From the NCBI GenBank assembly GCA_964016885.1, contig OZ024752.1, forward strand, positions 31,496,001-31,560,000: a DNA stretch of 64,000 bases, given 5' to 3'. The notes below the pieces were generated by a model, which was not told the origin of the DNA, searched no databases, and saw nothing but the letters and a program-made list of their open reading frames with translations. Positions 42,822-55,361 of this stretch are shown here, piece after piece; within the stretch, counting starts at the first letter, position 1, and each line of letters starts with the position of its first letter. This stretch comes from Eledone cirrhosa (lineage: Eukaryota). The position numbers were made by a program, and so were the translations under genes.

Positions 42822-44020
42822 AATGGTTTCTTTATTGGCTACAAGGCCTAACACTAAGAAAAACATTAGAGACGGCACAGAACAGTACAGGACGATACAA
42901 AGTGGGTTTTGGTGGTGTAAACAGGTTATAATAAAATCGGGCTAGAAATCAAAAAAATTCAAACAACAAAAATTCCCTAAAAAGAGGGAAACCTCCGAGG
43001 GTCACTCGTGGCGAAAACCACACAAAAAAGACCATGGCCACCCTGACCACCAGGGCAAGCGCCCTCTCTCAGTTTTCCTACTCCTCAGTCTACAGGCACA
43101 TACTCAGAGCGGGCCCATTCACTCGGACCAGACTCGTCATTTTCACCCACCTTTCAACAAACTTACTAGAAGACAGCACTTGCCTCTCCACCCTGATTTT
43201 CCTCTTCAAGTGAAACTTGAAAAAGTTTATCAGGGATTGGCCGGAGAGGAAAGTGTCCGTCTTCAACCCTTTCAATCTTGTCCACCACAGAATATATTTC
43301 GCCATGGCCACCAGGCAGATGAAAACTGCCTGCCCTTCCTCCCCTTTAAAGGAGGATGGCAGGGCTAACTTCACAATGGACTCAGTCGATAACCGGATCC
43401 GTCCTTTACGCAACAGCAGCTGTTCGACATAGCTCCACAAGTCAACAATCCTCGGGCACTGAACGAGTGCGTGCAGGACGGTTTCGTCGCCCTGTGCGCA
43501 TCTCGGACAGGCTCGGCTGACAACACCTCCGTGCATGTAGAGCTTATCCCGAACCGGCAACGCTCCTCGGTAGCACTGCCAGGCCAGGGATTTCTGGAAG
43601 TTGTCCATAGGCCCCGGTCTGAAAGTTCTCTTGAAGAGAGCGAACAGCTGATCGTCTTCAGCGCCCAGGGTCTTCCTGAGAACGTCATCGCTCTTTCCCT
43701 CCACTAGCCCTGTATAGAACTCCGAGGTGGATGTTCCACCGATACTAGTGTTCAGCTGGTAGAGGGTCCCTCCACTAGCCCTGTATAGAACTCCGAGGTG
43801 GATGTTCCACCGATACTAGTGTTCAGCTGGTAGAGGGCGGTGAGCGCTTGGAGACATTCCAGCTTCCAAGCGCTATCCCTCGGTCTTTTCCTGATCCTGG
43901 ACTGCAGCTCCGTCAAGGAGACGAGCTGGGAAAAACGGCGACCCCACCTATTCGCTGTCAAGGAAGCTCCAGAGATGTCGCAGCCTCAGCGCATGTTTGC
44001 GCATCATCAGCCACGGCACT
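42822..44020 (-). mobile_element. L1/Tx1-clade LINE 3' fragment (ORF2 C-terminus with zf-RVT-type CCHC finger) with an internal 71-bp duplication
   Basis: LAWQCYRGALPVRDKL...CPRCAQGDETVLHALVQC. Duplicated block at 43697 and 43768. The 3' end GGCCTTGTAGCCAATAAAGAAACCATT runs into the trinucleotide repeat. Confidence 0.85.
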
Positions 44021-47000
44021 ACTAATAATAATACCACTACTACCACTATTCCTATCACCACCATCACTACTACGACTACTACTACTACTACTACCACCCC
44101 TACTCCTATCACCACCATCCCTACTACGACTACTACTACCACCACCCCTACTCCTATCACCACCATCCCTACTACGACTACTACTACTACTACTACCACC
44201 CCTACTACGACTACCACTCCTACTAATACCACTACTACCACACCTACTACGACTACCACTACTACTAATACCACTACTACCACCCCTACTACTACTACCA
44301 CCCCTACTACGACTACCACTCCTACTAATACCACTACTACCACCCCTACTACTACTACCACCCCTACTACGACTACCACTCCTACTAATACCACTACTAC
44401 CACCCCTACTACGACTACCACTCCTACTAATACCACTACTACCACCCCTACTACGACTACCACTCCTACTAATACCACTACTACCACCCCTACTACGACT
44501 ACCACTCCTACTAATACCACTACTACCACCCCTACTACGACTACCACTCCTACTAATACCACTACTACCACCCCTACTACGACTACCACTCCTACTACGA
44601 CTACCACTCCTACTAATACCACTACTACCACCCCTACTACGACTACCACTCCTACTAATACCACTACTACCACCCCTACTACGACTACCACTCCTACTAA
44701 TACCACTACTACCACCCCTACTACGACTACCACTCCTACTACGACTACCACTCCTACTAATACCACTACTACCACCCCTACTACGACTACCACTCCTACT
44801 AATACCACTACTACCACCCCTACTACGACTACCACTCCTACTAATACCACTACTACCACCCCTACTACGACTACCACTACTACTAATACCACTACTACCA
44901 CCCCTACTACGACTACCACTCCTACTAATACCACTACTACCACCCCTACTACGACTACCACTCCTACTACGACTACCACTCCTACTAATACCACTACTAC
45001 CACCCCTACTACGACTACCACTCCTACTAATACCACTACTACCACCCCTACTACGACTACCACTCCTACTAATACCACTACTACCACCCCTACTACGACT
45101 ACCACTCCTACTAATACCACTACTACCACCCCTACTACGACTACCACTCCTACTAATACCACTACTACCACCCCTACTACGACTACCACTCCTACTACGA
45201 CTACCACTCCTACTAATACCACTACTACCACCCCTACTACGACTACCACTCCTACTAATACCACTACTACCACCCCTACTACGACTACCACTCCTACTAA
45301 TACCACTACTACCACCCCTACTACGACTACCACTACTACTAATACCACTACTACCACCCCTACTACGACTACCACTCCTACTAATACCACTACTACCACC
45401 CCTACTACGACTACCACTCCTACTACGACTACCACTCCTACTAATACCACTACTACCACCCCTACTACGACTACCACTCCTACTAATACCACTACTACCA
45501 CCCCTACTACGACTACCACTCCTACTAATACCACTACTACCACCCCTACTACGACTACCACTCCTACTAATACCACTACTACCACCCCTACTACGACTAC
45601 CACTCCTACTAATACCACTACTACCACCCCTACTACGACTACCACTCCTACTAATACCACTACTACCACCCCTACTACGACTACCACTCCTACTACGACT
45701 ACCACTCCTACTAATACCACTACTACCACCCCTACTACGACTACCACTCCTACTAATACCACTACTACCACCCCTACTACGACTACCACTACTACTAATA
45801 CCACTACTACCACCCCTACTACGACTACCACTACTACTAATACCACTACTACCACTATTCCTATCACCACCACCCCTACTACGACTACCACTCCTACTAA
45901 TACCACTACTACCACCCCTACTACGACTACCACTCCTACTAATACCACTACTACCACCCCTACTACGACTACCACTCCTACTAATACCACTACTACCACC
46001 CCTACTACGACTACCACTACTACTAATACCACTACTACCACCCCTACTACGACTACCACTACTACTAATACCACTACTACCACTATTCCTATCACCACCA
46101 CCCCTACTACGACTACCACTCCTACTAATACCACTACTACCACCCCTACTACGACTACCACTCCTACTAATACCACTACTACCACCCCTACTACGACTAC
46201 CACTCCTACTAATACCACTACTACCACCCCTACTACGACTACCACTACTACTAATACCACTACTACCACCCCTACTACGACTACCACTCCTACTAATACC
46301 ACTACTACCACCCCTACTACGACTACCACTACTACTAATACCACTACTACCACTATTCCTATCACCACCACCCCTACTACGACTACCACTCCTACTAATA
46401 CCACTACTACCACCCCTACTACGACTACCACTCCTACTAATACCACTACTACCACCCCTACTACTACTACCACTCCTACTAATACCACTACTACCACCCC
46501 TACTACGACTACCACTCCTACTAATACCACTACTACCACCCCTACTACGACTACCACTCCTACTAATACCACTACTACCACCCCTACTACGACTACCACT
46601 CCTACTAATACCACTACTACCACCCCTACTACGACTACCACTCCTACTAATACCACTACTACCACCCCTACTACGACTACCACTACTACTAATACCACTA
46701 CTACCACTATTCCTATCACCACCATCCCTACTACGACTACTACTACTACCACCCCTACTACGACTACCACTCCTACTAATACCACTACTACCACCCCTAC
46801 TACGACTACCACTCCTACTAATACCACTACTACCACCCCTACTACTACTACCACTCCTACTAATACCACTACTACCACCCCTACTACGACTACCACTCCT
46901 ACTAATACCACTACTACCACTATTCCTATCACCACCATCCCTACTACGACTACTACTACTACTACTACTACCACCCCTACTACGACTACCACTCCTACTA

Positions 47001-47437
47001 ATACCACTACTACCACCCCTACTACTACTACCACTACTACTAATACCACTACTACCACCCCTACTACTACTACCACTACTACTAATACCACTACTACCAC
47101 CCTACTACGACTACCACTCCTACTAATACCACTACTACCACTATTCCTATCACCACCATCCCTACTACGACTACTACTACTACTACTACTACCACCCCTA
47201 CTACGACTACCACTCCTACTAATACCACTACTACCACCCCTACTACGACTACCACTCCTACTAATACCACTACTACCACCCCTACTACGACTACCACTCC
47301 TACTAATACCACTACTACCACCCCTACTACGACTACCACTACTACTAATACCACTACTACCACCCCTACTACGACTACCACTACTACTAATACCACTACT
47401 ACCACCCCTACTACGACTACCACTACTACGCTACTAC
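44021..47437. repeat. 42-bp minisatellite (GACTACCACTCCTACTAATACCACTACTACCACCCCTACTAC)n, about 3.4 kb
   Basis: Period 42 (e.g. 44641 to 44683) with periodic 18-bp extra sub-units. Open in several frames. Confidence 0.95.
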
Positions 47438-47591
47438 GAACCAAGAAAATTGGGACCCTCTTAACGCTTGTGTAACCCGCAAGGAAGGATGCACACACTG
47501 TAAACTTTATCTAGAAAAAACAAAACAAGAATAAACAATGACAGGGTGGTCACGTATGGAATATCTTTGTGATATGAAGAACGCCAACAGT

Positions 47592-47656
<65 letters not shown>

Positions 47657-47785
47657 GAAGTTCTATTTAAATTGTTGGGATATAACAAGAAAATATTTTT
47701 ATAACTGATATAAAGCACTCAACAAATTATTGGAGTAAAAATACGACATATTAACAAATGGAAACTATATTTATAAAACCCTATT

Positions 47786-47850
47786 TATTTCATTATACAT
47801 ATTTCAAGGACACCAAGTTAAATTATGGTGCGCTTTCATCAGATAAAATA
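47786..47850 (-). ncRNA. Type I hammerhead (family M)
   Basis: Reverse complement reads TATTTTAT-CTGATGA-AAGCGCACCA TAATTTAACT TGGTGTCCTT-GAAA-TATGTA-TA-ATGAAATA. Confidence 0.75.
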
Positions 47851-48349
47851 TAATATAGATCAGTTTTATAAATAAATATTGACATACCCTTAGAGAATGC
47901 GACCATTTCTGGTGGAAGCTCCCGGATATATATATTTACAGACTTGGGATTTGCATACATTGGAAGTTATACGAACTCTATGAAAAGGTGTGGTGAAGAC
48001 ATACACCAGACGAGGTGTCAGAGAATGACAAAGCAACCATTCTCTGAGATATGGCAATACACACTAAGGACGAACGTTTTCAGGTGTATCTGAAGAAAAT
48101 GTTTTATTCATTTTGGATTTATTTCACAGCTGGATGTTTCCTGAGATATTGAAAGTCAAGACCGTATGTGGCATAGGTTTAGGTTAGTATTTTAAGCAAT
48201 TTCGGTTGTTTTTTTCCCTCTCACCTGTCGCTATCATGTATACAATGGCGAACTACCACGTGGGATCCACTAACTAAAATAATACCATCGACAAGAACAA
48301 AAAACATGCAAACAGAACAAAATAAAAACTGTTTTTAATGTTTGAATAA

Positions 48350-50150
48350 TTGAATGTTTGCTGTCGGCTTGCTCAGTGTTGTTCATTTTCTTAACCTGTT
48401 CTATAGTTTTCATGAATGTTCTTGTAGGAAAGGGTGACAAGTACTATTACCGTTCTGACTTCCACCTCTCACCATACCCCAGCAGAATAGATCATATTAA
48501 ATTAGGATTCAGCGCTTATTTACAAAATTTCCAAACTTATTATTTTATTTAATGAAATCCTTTTAGATTTGGATTTTTCTACTTAATATACACTGCTTGT
48601 GTGTTTGTGGGATATAATTTGCATATCAACACATTCAGATTCATCTAATTTCTTTGTTTATTTATATGGTAATTTATACACTGATGTGGCCCCAGTTTCC
48701 AACATATATACTATTGGATAACAGACAACTATTTTGATCATGTCGGCCCATATGGTTCGAGAGAGTGTTATATTGGCTTTTAAGTACCAGAATTCATTTT
48801 TCTACTGTATTCTACATGTCTTTTGCGTTATTATTCCATTCAATTAATTGTTAGAGCTTCTTTCTGTTCTGTTTTAAACAACATATTATTTAAATGGTCT
48901 ATCATCCATGGTTTTACTTCAAAGGAAAATACATCAGAGAATGTTTTCTTCCTGTCAGTTTTCACAATAATACGTGTCGAGAATATGTTTCAAAATCTAT
49001 TTTATTAAGTGAAGAACAAATTCCTGCTCGTTCATGCAAGTTGTGAAATATATTTTTTTAAAGTAAATTTGTTTGAATTTTTTCCAAGTTTTGCAGTAAA
49101 TTCTTCTAACGTTGCTTCACAATCAATCACTGTAATGACTTGTCCTTGAAGTAGAAATATACCTCATTAAGGTTTCTAAATATCAGAGCCAGATAATATG
49201 TTATTTTAATGTATTTCTTTTTCTTTAGTCATTTCTCTGTCCTCTTCACTTTCTAGAAAATTAACACGAAAAAGCTTATAAATCTTGCTAAGCATTTTCC
49301 TATTGGGAGCCATTTGATTTCCATGTGTAAAAAAAAAAATGTTTTACATATTGCTAATTATGACCAGGACAAAACCTCTTGAGTAGGCGTTCATATTTGT
49401 TGCGATTTTATTTTATTGGTTGTTTTAATAATTATACTAAATGAATAATGTAGAATGGGTTCATATTATTGTTTTTCTACAAGATTGTGTCTGAAAACAA
49501 TACAAGGTTTTGTAATGATTCCATGACCTTCAAATTTTTTAGATAACACTATAAATTGGAATTGATATCAAATTTACTAATGGAAATTTATTTTTTCTTT
49601 CAATTCAAGATGTTAAATAATAAAAAAAACCTATATTCGCCAGAAGTGTTAGTTTCTGGGTAATTTATAAATGACATATCTTCTTTCATTTGCAGGCGTT
49701 ATTAAAATAACATACATATGCTATAAGAAGAGTATTGTTATCAACAACTGTCGATTCATCAGCCTGAATAGAGAAGTTAGGGGTTTTTTTTTTGTTCAAT
49801 CTTTCAAATAGTAGTTGTATTTCCTTTTTTTTTTTTCAATATTCACAAACATTTCATTAATTCACCTTCAAATTAAATCGTTTAATTATAAACTATTTAA
49901 GATACTTGAATGATTTTTATATATCACCTTTCAACTAACAACTTCTGATAAAGGTTTTATGATCTTCTGGGTAAGTGTATGACTACAGCCAATTCTGAAA
50001 GAATTTTGCAGTTTCATATTATACAACCAGCATTTAATATCTTTTCTTCTCTATTTTTTTAAATACAAAATGTCGGTTTGTTTGCTGCTCACAATTGGTT
50101 ATCAAATTTCTTTAATCTACTTCATATTACAAGGGATTTTATATATTACA
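48350..50150 (-). pseudogene. Heavily decayed hAT (Buster/Charlie-type) transposase relic
   Basis: Manual - strand translation: HTLTQKIIKP (about 49.96 kb), FSIQADESTVVDNNTLLIAYVCYF (49775-49704; cf. FSLQLDESTD), HMEIKWLPIGKCL (about 49.3 kb; cf. HTEVRWLSRG). Many stops. Boundaries are approximate. Confidence 0.7.
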
Positions 50151-51669
50151 TAATTGCGATCAAATTTGACAGTGAAAAACAGTGCCTGTTTGACAAATGA
50201 GGGCCTGCACTAGTTAAGTTATGAGGTCCCTTACTTGGGCCCTGAAAGAGGAAGATGGCAGGTAGATGGACCCCCCGGCCAACGGGGACCTGTGCTTTAG
50301 CACAACTAAGTACATCGGTAAATCCGGCACTGGCAATAAAGTATCTGAAATTTATCAAAATAAAAAAAGGTTACATGTATCCTTAGAAAAGCTATCGCTT
50401 TCACATAATATCTATTTAGAACTATCGACGTAGGAGCAATATATCTCTGATAATACACGGTGTCTCTAAAACCTGCACACATAGGAAATATCACTATTTA
50501 TACCTAACTATAATTTGTTGCTCCACAGATTAAATATGAATTTTATTGAAAAAACAAAAGATTGAACAGGTACTTTTCAGTAGAAGTGAAGGATGGTTAT
50601 ATCGAACGATAGCGGGTGTTTTTAATGTACGTCATCGCAGAAGGACCCCAAACTTCAGGGAAACCCTGGAGAACTAATAGCTGTACTTTCGATTTTGTTA
50701 CGATACCAGTTATACTAGGTGACATTTCTCCACAATCTTCAAGCTACTTTTGATTTAAATAATCAGGTTTCTTTATTTATTAAACAACTTAATGTCACTA
50801 ATTACTACGAACAGCTAAAAATTACTAAAAGTACACTAAATACAATATCCAAGCTATGACTTTAGTAGGATAAGATTGATTTTATGTTAAAGTAGCCTCC
50901 TCATTCCTGAGAGGTGGACCCATCCTGGATCCTTCGCTTTAATCCATACAACTACTTCAAAGAAAAATTACATTTATTTATGCGTTAACATTCCTCAATT
51001 ATGTAATGTTGTAATATATAAAAGTGAACATTCAAAATTATATTATTCGTAATAAACACAAACGCTAGTTCAGTAATTAAATTTAATGACTTAAAAAATG
51101 ACTACATCTTTGCCATTGTCTTCGTATTTGAGATAAGAGACGAATAGGAAAAAAAAATTAAGAATCATTGGAGCACCGAAAGAAAAAAAAATCAATGATT
51201 ATAAACGATAGAATAAAAACATAACACCCACTTATGCTTCAAATTAGATAAGCAATGAGTGGTGTACATGTGTTAAACGTCACTTAGGCACTACAGAATG
51301 TTTGGAATAATGGATCCGCCTCGTTTCACTTCTCATTGGTCAATTTCCCATTAACAGCATCGACAGCATAATATATATACTCGGAGAAATGTTTTAAAGT
51401 CTTGATGAGAGATTCGAAAATAATCTATTTTTAATCGACGCTTGAATAAATGTTCTCCCACCACAACCTTCATACCCCCGCCCCCCTCCGACTTGCGTCA
51501 GTTGAATTTTCACTACAACATCCACCCACCCGCCCACCTTTCTGCAAGAATTTCGTTTTTGCTCTTTCTCTTTGTGGGCGAAATCGCCCACCATCATCAC
51601 CGTTCCGTACGAAATAACCGCCCCCACAATACAACACAACCTACAGAGTACATACATACATACATACAT

Positions 51670-52170
51670 GGTGGCTGCCAACTCGTTTTCGAGTACGGCC
51701 ACTACTTTATATCCATGTAGGAGAACCCCTACCGAAGCGCTGAACGAGTGGGACTTTTTAGTCCAGCCAGCGACTTGAAAACTCTGGTACAAACACTACA
51801 CTTGTGACAATTATTGACACATAGTGCTGGGCCCATGGTACCATGTGACGACAAGTGCAGAGAGATCTCCAGATATAAAGCAATGCGTGTGCCGTGAAGC
51901 TTTTATAGTGAGCAAAGGCACTGCACAAAGCCAGTCCCACTCTCTTAACCAAGATGATATTTACCAAAAAGAAGAACAAGTCAACATCATTGGATACCAT
52001 CAGAGTTGCAGGTGTTATATCAGAGTTTTCCTTCTCCTAGAATTCTGCCTTGACAAAGGCTAAGGCGTCATCTCTCCCGGTGATTTTGGATGGCCATTGA
52101 CTCTTAAGAGCTCCTTTGCCCTTTGACAGGTTTTGTTTTTAGTCCTGCAGGATGTCCAAAGTCACCCTCT
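51670..52170 (-). mobile_element. Probable non-autonomous retroelement between (CATA)n tracts
   Basis: GC-richer block bounded by (TACA)n. The - strand contains TAGGAGAAGGAAAACTCTGA, reminiscent of RTE 5' UTRs. Confidence 0.3.
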
Positions 52171-52177
52171 ACATACA

Positions 52178-52208
<31 letters not shown>

Positions 52209-52264
52209 TACTCTTTTACCTGTTCCAGCCATCCGGCAGAGGCCATGCTGGGGCACCGCCTTTT

Positions 52265-52338
52265 AAAAATATGGAACACTTCACGAATTTGCGTGTCATC
52301 CTTGCGCAGGGAGCCATGCTAATCTTCTCTGTATTGTT

Positions 52339-52340
<2 letters not shown>
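52265..52340 (-). pseudogene. U6: 5'-truncated U6 snRNA retrocopy
   Basis: Reverse complement reads GGAACAATACAGAGAAGATTAGCATGGCTCCCTGCGCAAGGATGACACGCAAATTCGTGAAGTGTTCCATATTTTT. The ACAGAGA box is present and the 5' stem-loop is replaced by (TA)n. Confidence 0.93.
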
Positions 52341-52425
<85 letters not shown>

Positions 52426-52429
<4 letters not shown>

Positions 52430-52719
52430 TATTAATACTGTGTAAATTATGTTTTTTCATTATGTGAATATTACGCTTTATATATATATATAAAGCGTAA
52501 TATTCAAGGAAAAAACATAATTTACACAGTATTAATAATTACGCTTTATATATATATATATATATATAATATATATATATATAGGAAAAAGTATGACCCC
52601 GACGGCAGAGCTCAAAACACACTTCGGGGTCATACTTTTTCCTATTTCCCACTCTACTACCCTAAGTATTGAGTACTCTGGTGTGTTATGGTCCATCTGG
52701 TTCCTTACTACAATTCCTT

Positions 52720-52773
<54 letters not shown>

Positions 52774-53015
52774 TACGTTATTCCGGGTTGAATCGGAGCT
52801 AACCACAGTAAGTAAGGTACTCAATACATAGCAGAGTATAAAACTTTTAATATAGATGAGATTCTACAGGACTAGAACTGTTTCATTCTTTAGAAATCTT
52901 CATTCTAAAGAATGAAACAGTTCTAGTCCTGTAGAATCTCATCTATATTAAAACTATATATATATAATATATAAAGCGTAATATTCACATAATGAAAAGA
53001 CATAATTTACACAAT
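52426..53015. repeat. Cluster of short fold-back inserts in (TA)n, including partial family D hammerhead arms
   Basis: Hairpins at about 52426-52540, 52582-52644 and 52845-52953. Confidence 0.75.
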
Positions 53016-53605
53016 GTATATACAGTGTATTTTGCAATACACTGTATGCTTAATTAAAAGCATTTTGAAGACCTTACGCTATTGTTTTAAAGTAGCGACA
53101 ATGTCGCTTACTTAAATTTTCAGCAAAAACGAGGGGAGATTTCAGAGCACCAATTCTAATTTACACAGTATTAATAATTCATAACAAAACTACCCCCCAA
53201 AACTGGAAAAAAACAAAACAAACAACAACAACAACAACAACCAGGACAATAGTATGTTGATGTAACATACAAACACCGTCCCACATACTTCAGGAACCTG
53301 GGGCGTGGGGGGGGGGGGCTCTGGGAGTTTACTATGTACCCTTTGTGAGACCGTTCAAAATGGGTGGTGATGATGATGGTAGTGATGATGGTGATGGTGA
53401 TGATGATGATGATCGTGATGATGATGATGATGGTGATGATGGTCGTGGTAGTGGTGGCGGAGGTGGTCGCGGTAGTGGTGGTGGTGATGGTGATGGTGGT
53501 GATGGTGATGATGGTGATGGTGATGATGGTGATGGTGTTGATGATGAGGATGATGATGATGATGATGATGGTCGTGGTGGTGGTGGTGGTGATGGTGGTG
53601 GTGGT

Positions 53606-53900
53606 GGTCTTTATTAGCCACAAGAGCTAGCACTAAGAATACAGTATAAACACAAGGGTTACAATACATACGAGGCTGAGTAGACAAAATAAAAAAATCA
53701 TGAGGGTATGAGTTACAGTACATTAAGGGGTTGGATAAATAACGTTTTATAAAGACAAGTTCGTTTCTTGATTTTGTTTTCAGTCCCTCGGGGCAGAAAG
53801 CCTTCATGTAGCTTTTGTTGCCACAAATATAACAATTGGGCTTTCTGTCCTTCATCATCAGTTTAGCCTCTAAAACTATGATTGAAACAGTTTTCACTTA
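53606..53900 (-). mobile_element. Internally deleted L1/Tx1-like fragment: degenerate zinc knuckle plus 3' end at (CAC)n
   Basis: DRKPNCYICGNKSYMKAFCP (CX2CX4[H>Y]X4C). The 3' end GCTCTTGTGGCTAATAAAGACCACC resembles the 42822 element end. Confidence 0.55.
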
Positions 53901-53996
53901 AAAGAGCCACCATATGCTAATGGTTGATCCGATCAAAACTTCAGACTAATATAAATTGATCACAGTGCCTAATCAAAGTACATTATTGGCAGTATT

Positions 53997-54368
53997 GGGC
54001 GGTGGATTGGCAGTATCGGTAGAGGGTCGGACGCCATGCTTTCCAGCATAGTTACGTCCCTTTACGATCTGAGTTCAAATCCCGCCCAGGTTGACTTTGC
54101 CTTTCATCCTTACGGGGTCGATAAAATAAAGTACCAGTAATACACTGGGTAATTGCTGGCCTTGTGCCTAAAGTAGAAACAATTATTGGCAGTATCAGTA
54201 GAGGGTCGGACGCCATGCTTTATAGCATAGAGTTACGGCCCTTGCCATTCTGAGTTCAAATCCCGCCGAGGTTAACTTTGCCTTTTATCCTTATGGGGTT
54301 GATAAAATAAAGTACCAGTAATGCACTGGGATAATTGCTGGGCTTGTGCCAAAAGTAGAAACAATTAT
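53997..54368 (+). mobile_element. Two tandem tRNA-derived SINE copies
   Basis: Family motifs occur twice. ATTATTGGCAGTAT is repeated before the first copy and at the junction. Confidence 0.85.
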
Positions 54369-54705
54369 TACCCTTCTTTACAATGTATCACATCACTTAG
54401 AGGTTGTCGTGAATAGATCTGACGGAAATTATATACGTATATATGTGGTACAAACGTTAACATCTTTAGCTGAAGACTTTTAACTCTACGTTTAACTCTT
54501 ATGGATCTAAAATTGTCGGATGGTCCCTTGCCCGCGTCCTTCCGATGATTTCTGACATAGTATAAAACAATCTGTATTTTTCATTGAACCCGGGGATAAA
54601 GAAGTCGATGTTATCGAACATGGTACTTGACTGGTTCTTTGGGTTATCAACTTTGGAAAGACAAATGGCAAAGTTAACCCAGAAAATAAAGAATCCTAAT
54701 TCCTA

Positions 54706-55045
54706 AATAATTGTTTCTACTTTAGGCACAAGGCCAGCAATTACCCAGTACATTACTGGTACTTTATTTTATCGATCCCGTACGGATGAAAGGCAAAGTT
54801 AACCTCGGCGGGATTTGAACTCAGATCGTAAAGGACCGTAATTATTCTGCAAAGCATGATGTCTGACGCTCTACCGATTGTGCCACAATCTACCGCCCTT
54901 ATTAACTCTTAGATAATGGTTCCTAATTTTGGCAAAAAGCCATCAATTTTAGTGAGGAAAGGCAAGTTAATTATATCGACCCCCAGTATTTGACTGGTAC
55001 TTCGTTTTATCGGCCTCGGATAGATAAAAGGCAAAGTTGACATTG
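54706..55045 (-). mobile_element. SINE copy plus diverged partial copy
   Basis: Reverse-complement family motifs. Confidence 0.75.
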
Positions 55046-55050
55046 GTGTG

Positions 55051-55314
55051 AATAGTGTTAATTCACAGCCCTTCATTGGTCAACAAAAGACTTAAGGAAC
55101 ACAAGACCGACACTGTAAATAGTGTTAATTCACAGCCCTTCATTGGTCAACAAAAGACTTAAGGAACACAAGACCGACACTGTAAATAGTGTTAATTCAC
55201 AGCCCTTCATTGGTCAACAAAAGACTTAAGGAACACAAGACCGACACTGTAAATAGTGTTAATTCACAGCCCTTCATTGGTCAACAAAAGACTTAAGGAA
55301 CACAAGACCGACAC
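55051..55314. repeat. 67-bp tandem repeat, about 3.9 identical copies
   Basis: Unit starts at 55051, 55118, 55185 and 55252. Confidence 0.95.
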
Positions 55315-55361
55315 AAACAAACTATGAGAAAAATGACGAACGAAAATATTTGAAAATTTGT

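Noticed and set aside
43848-47464. 1092-, 1050- and 1155-aa ORFs as genes
   Set aside because: Three overlapping frames are open only because of the 42-bp repeat, and their non-repeat ends lie in a LINE remnant.
47440-47510. Possible - strand micro-exon after a polypyrimidine TTCTAG acceptor (also one at about 54373-54419)
   Set aside because: Splice-like signals only, with no recognisable protein similarity. Cannot be supported without RNA data.
50696-51054. Possible second solo LTR (TGTTACGA...TCGTAATA)
   Set aside because: No target-site duplication found and the ends are too degenerate.
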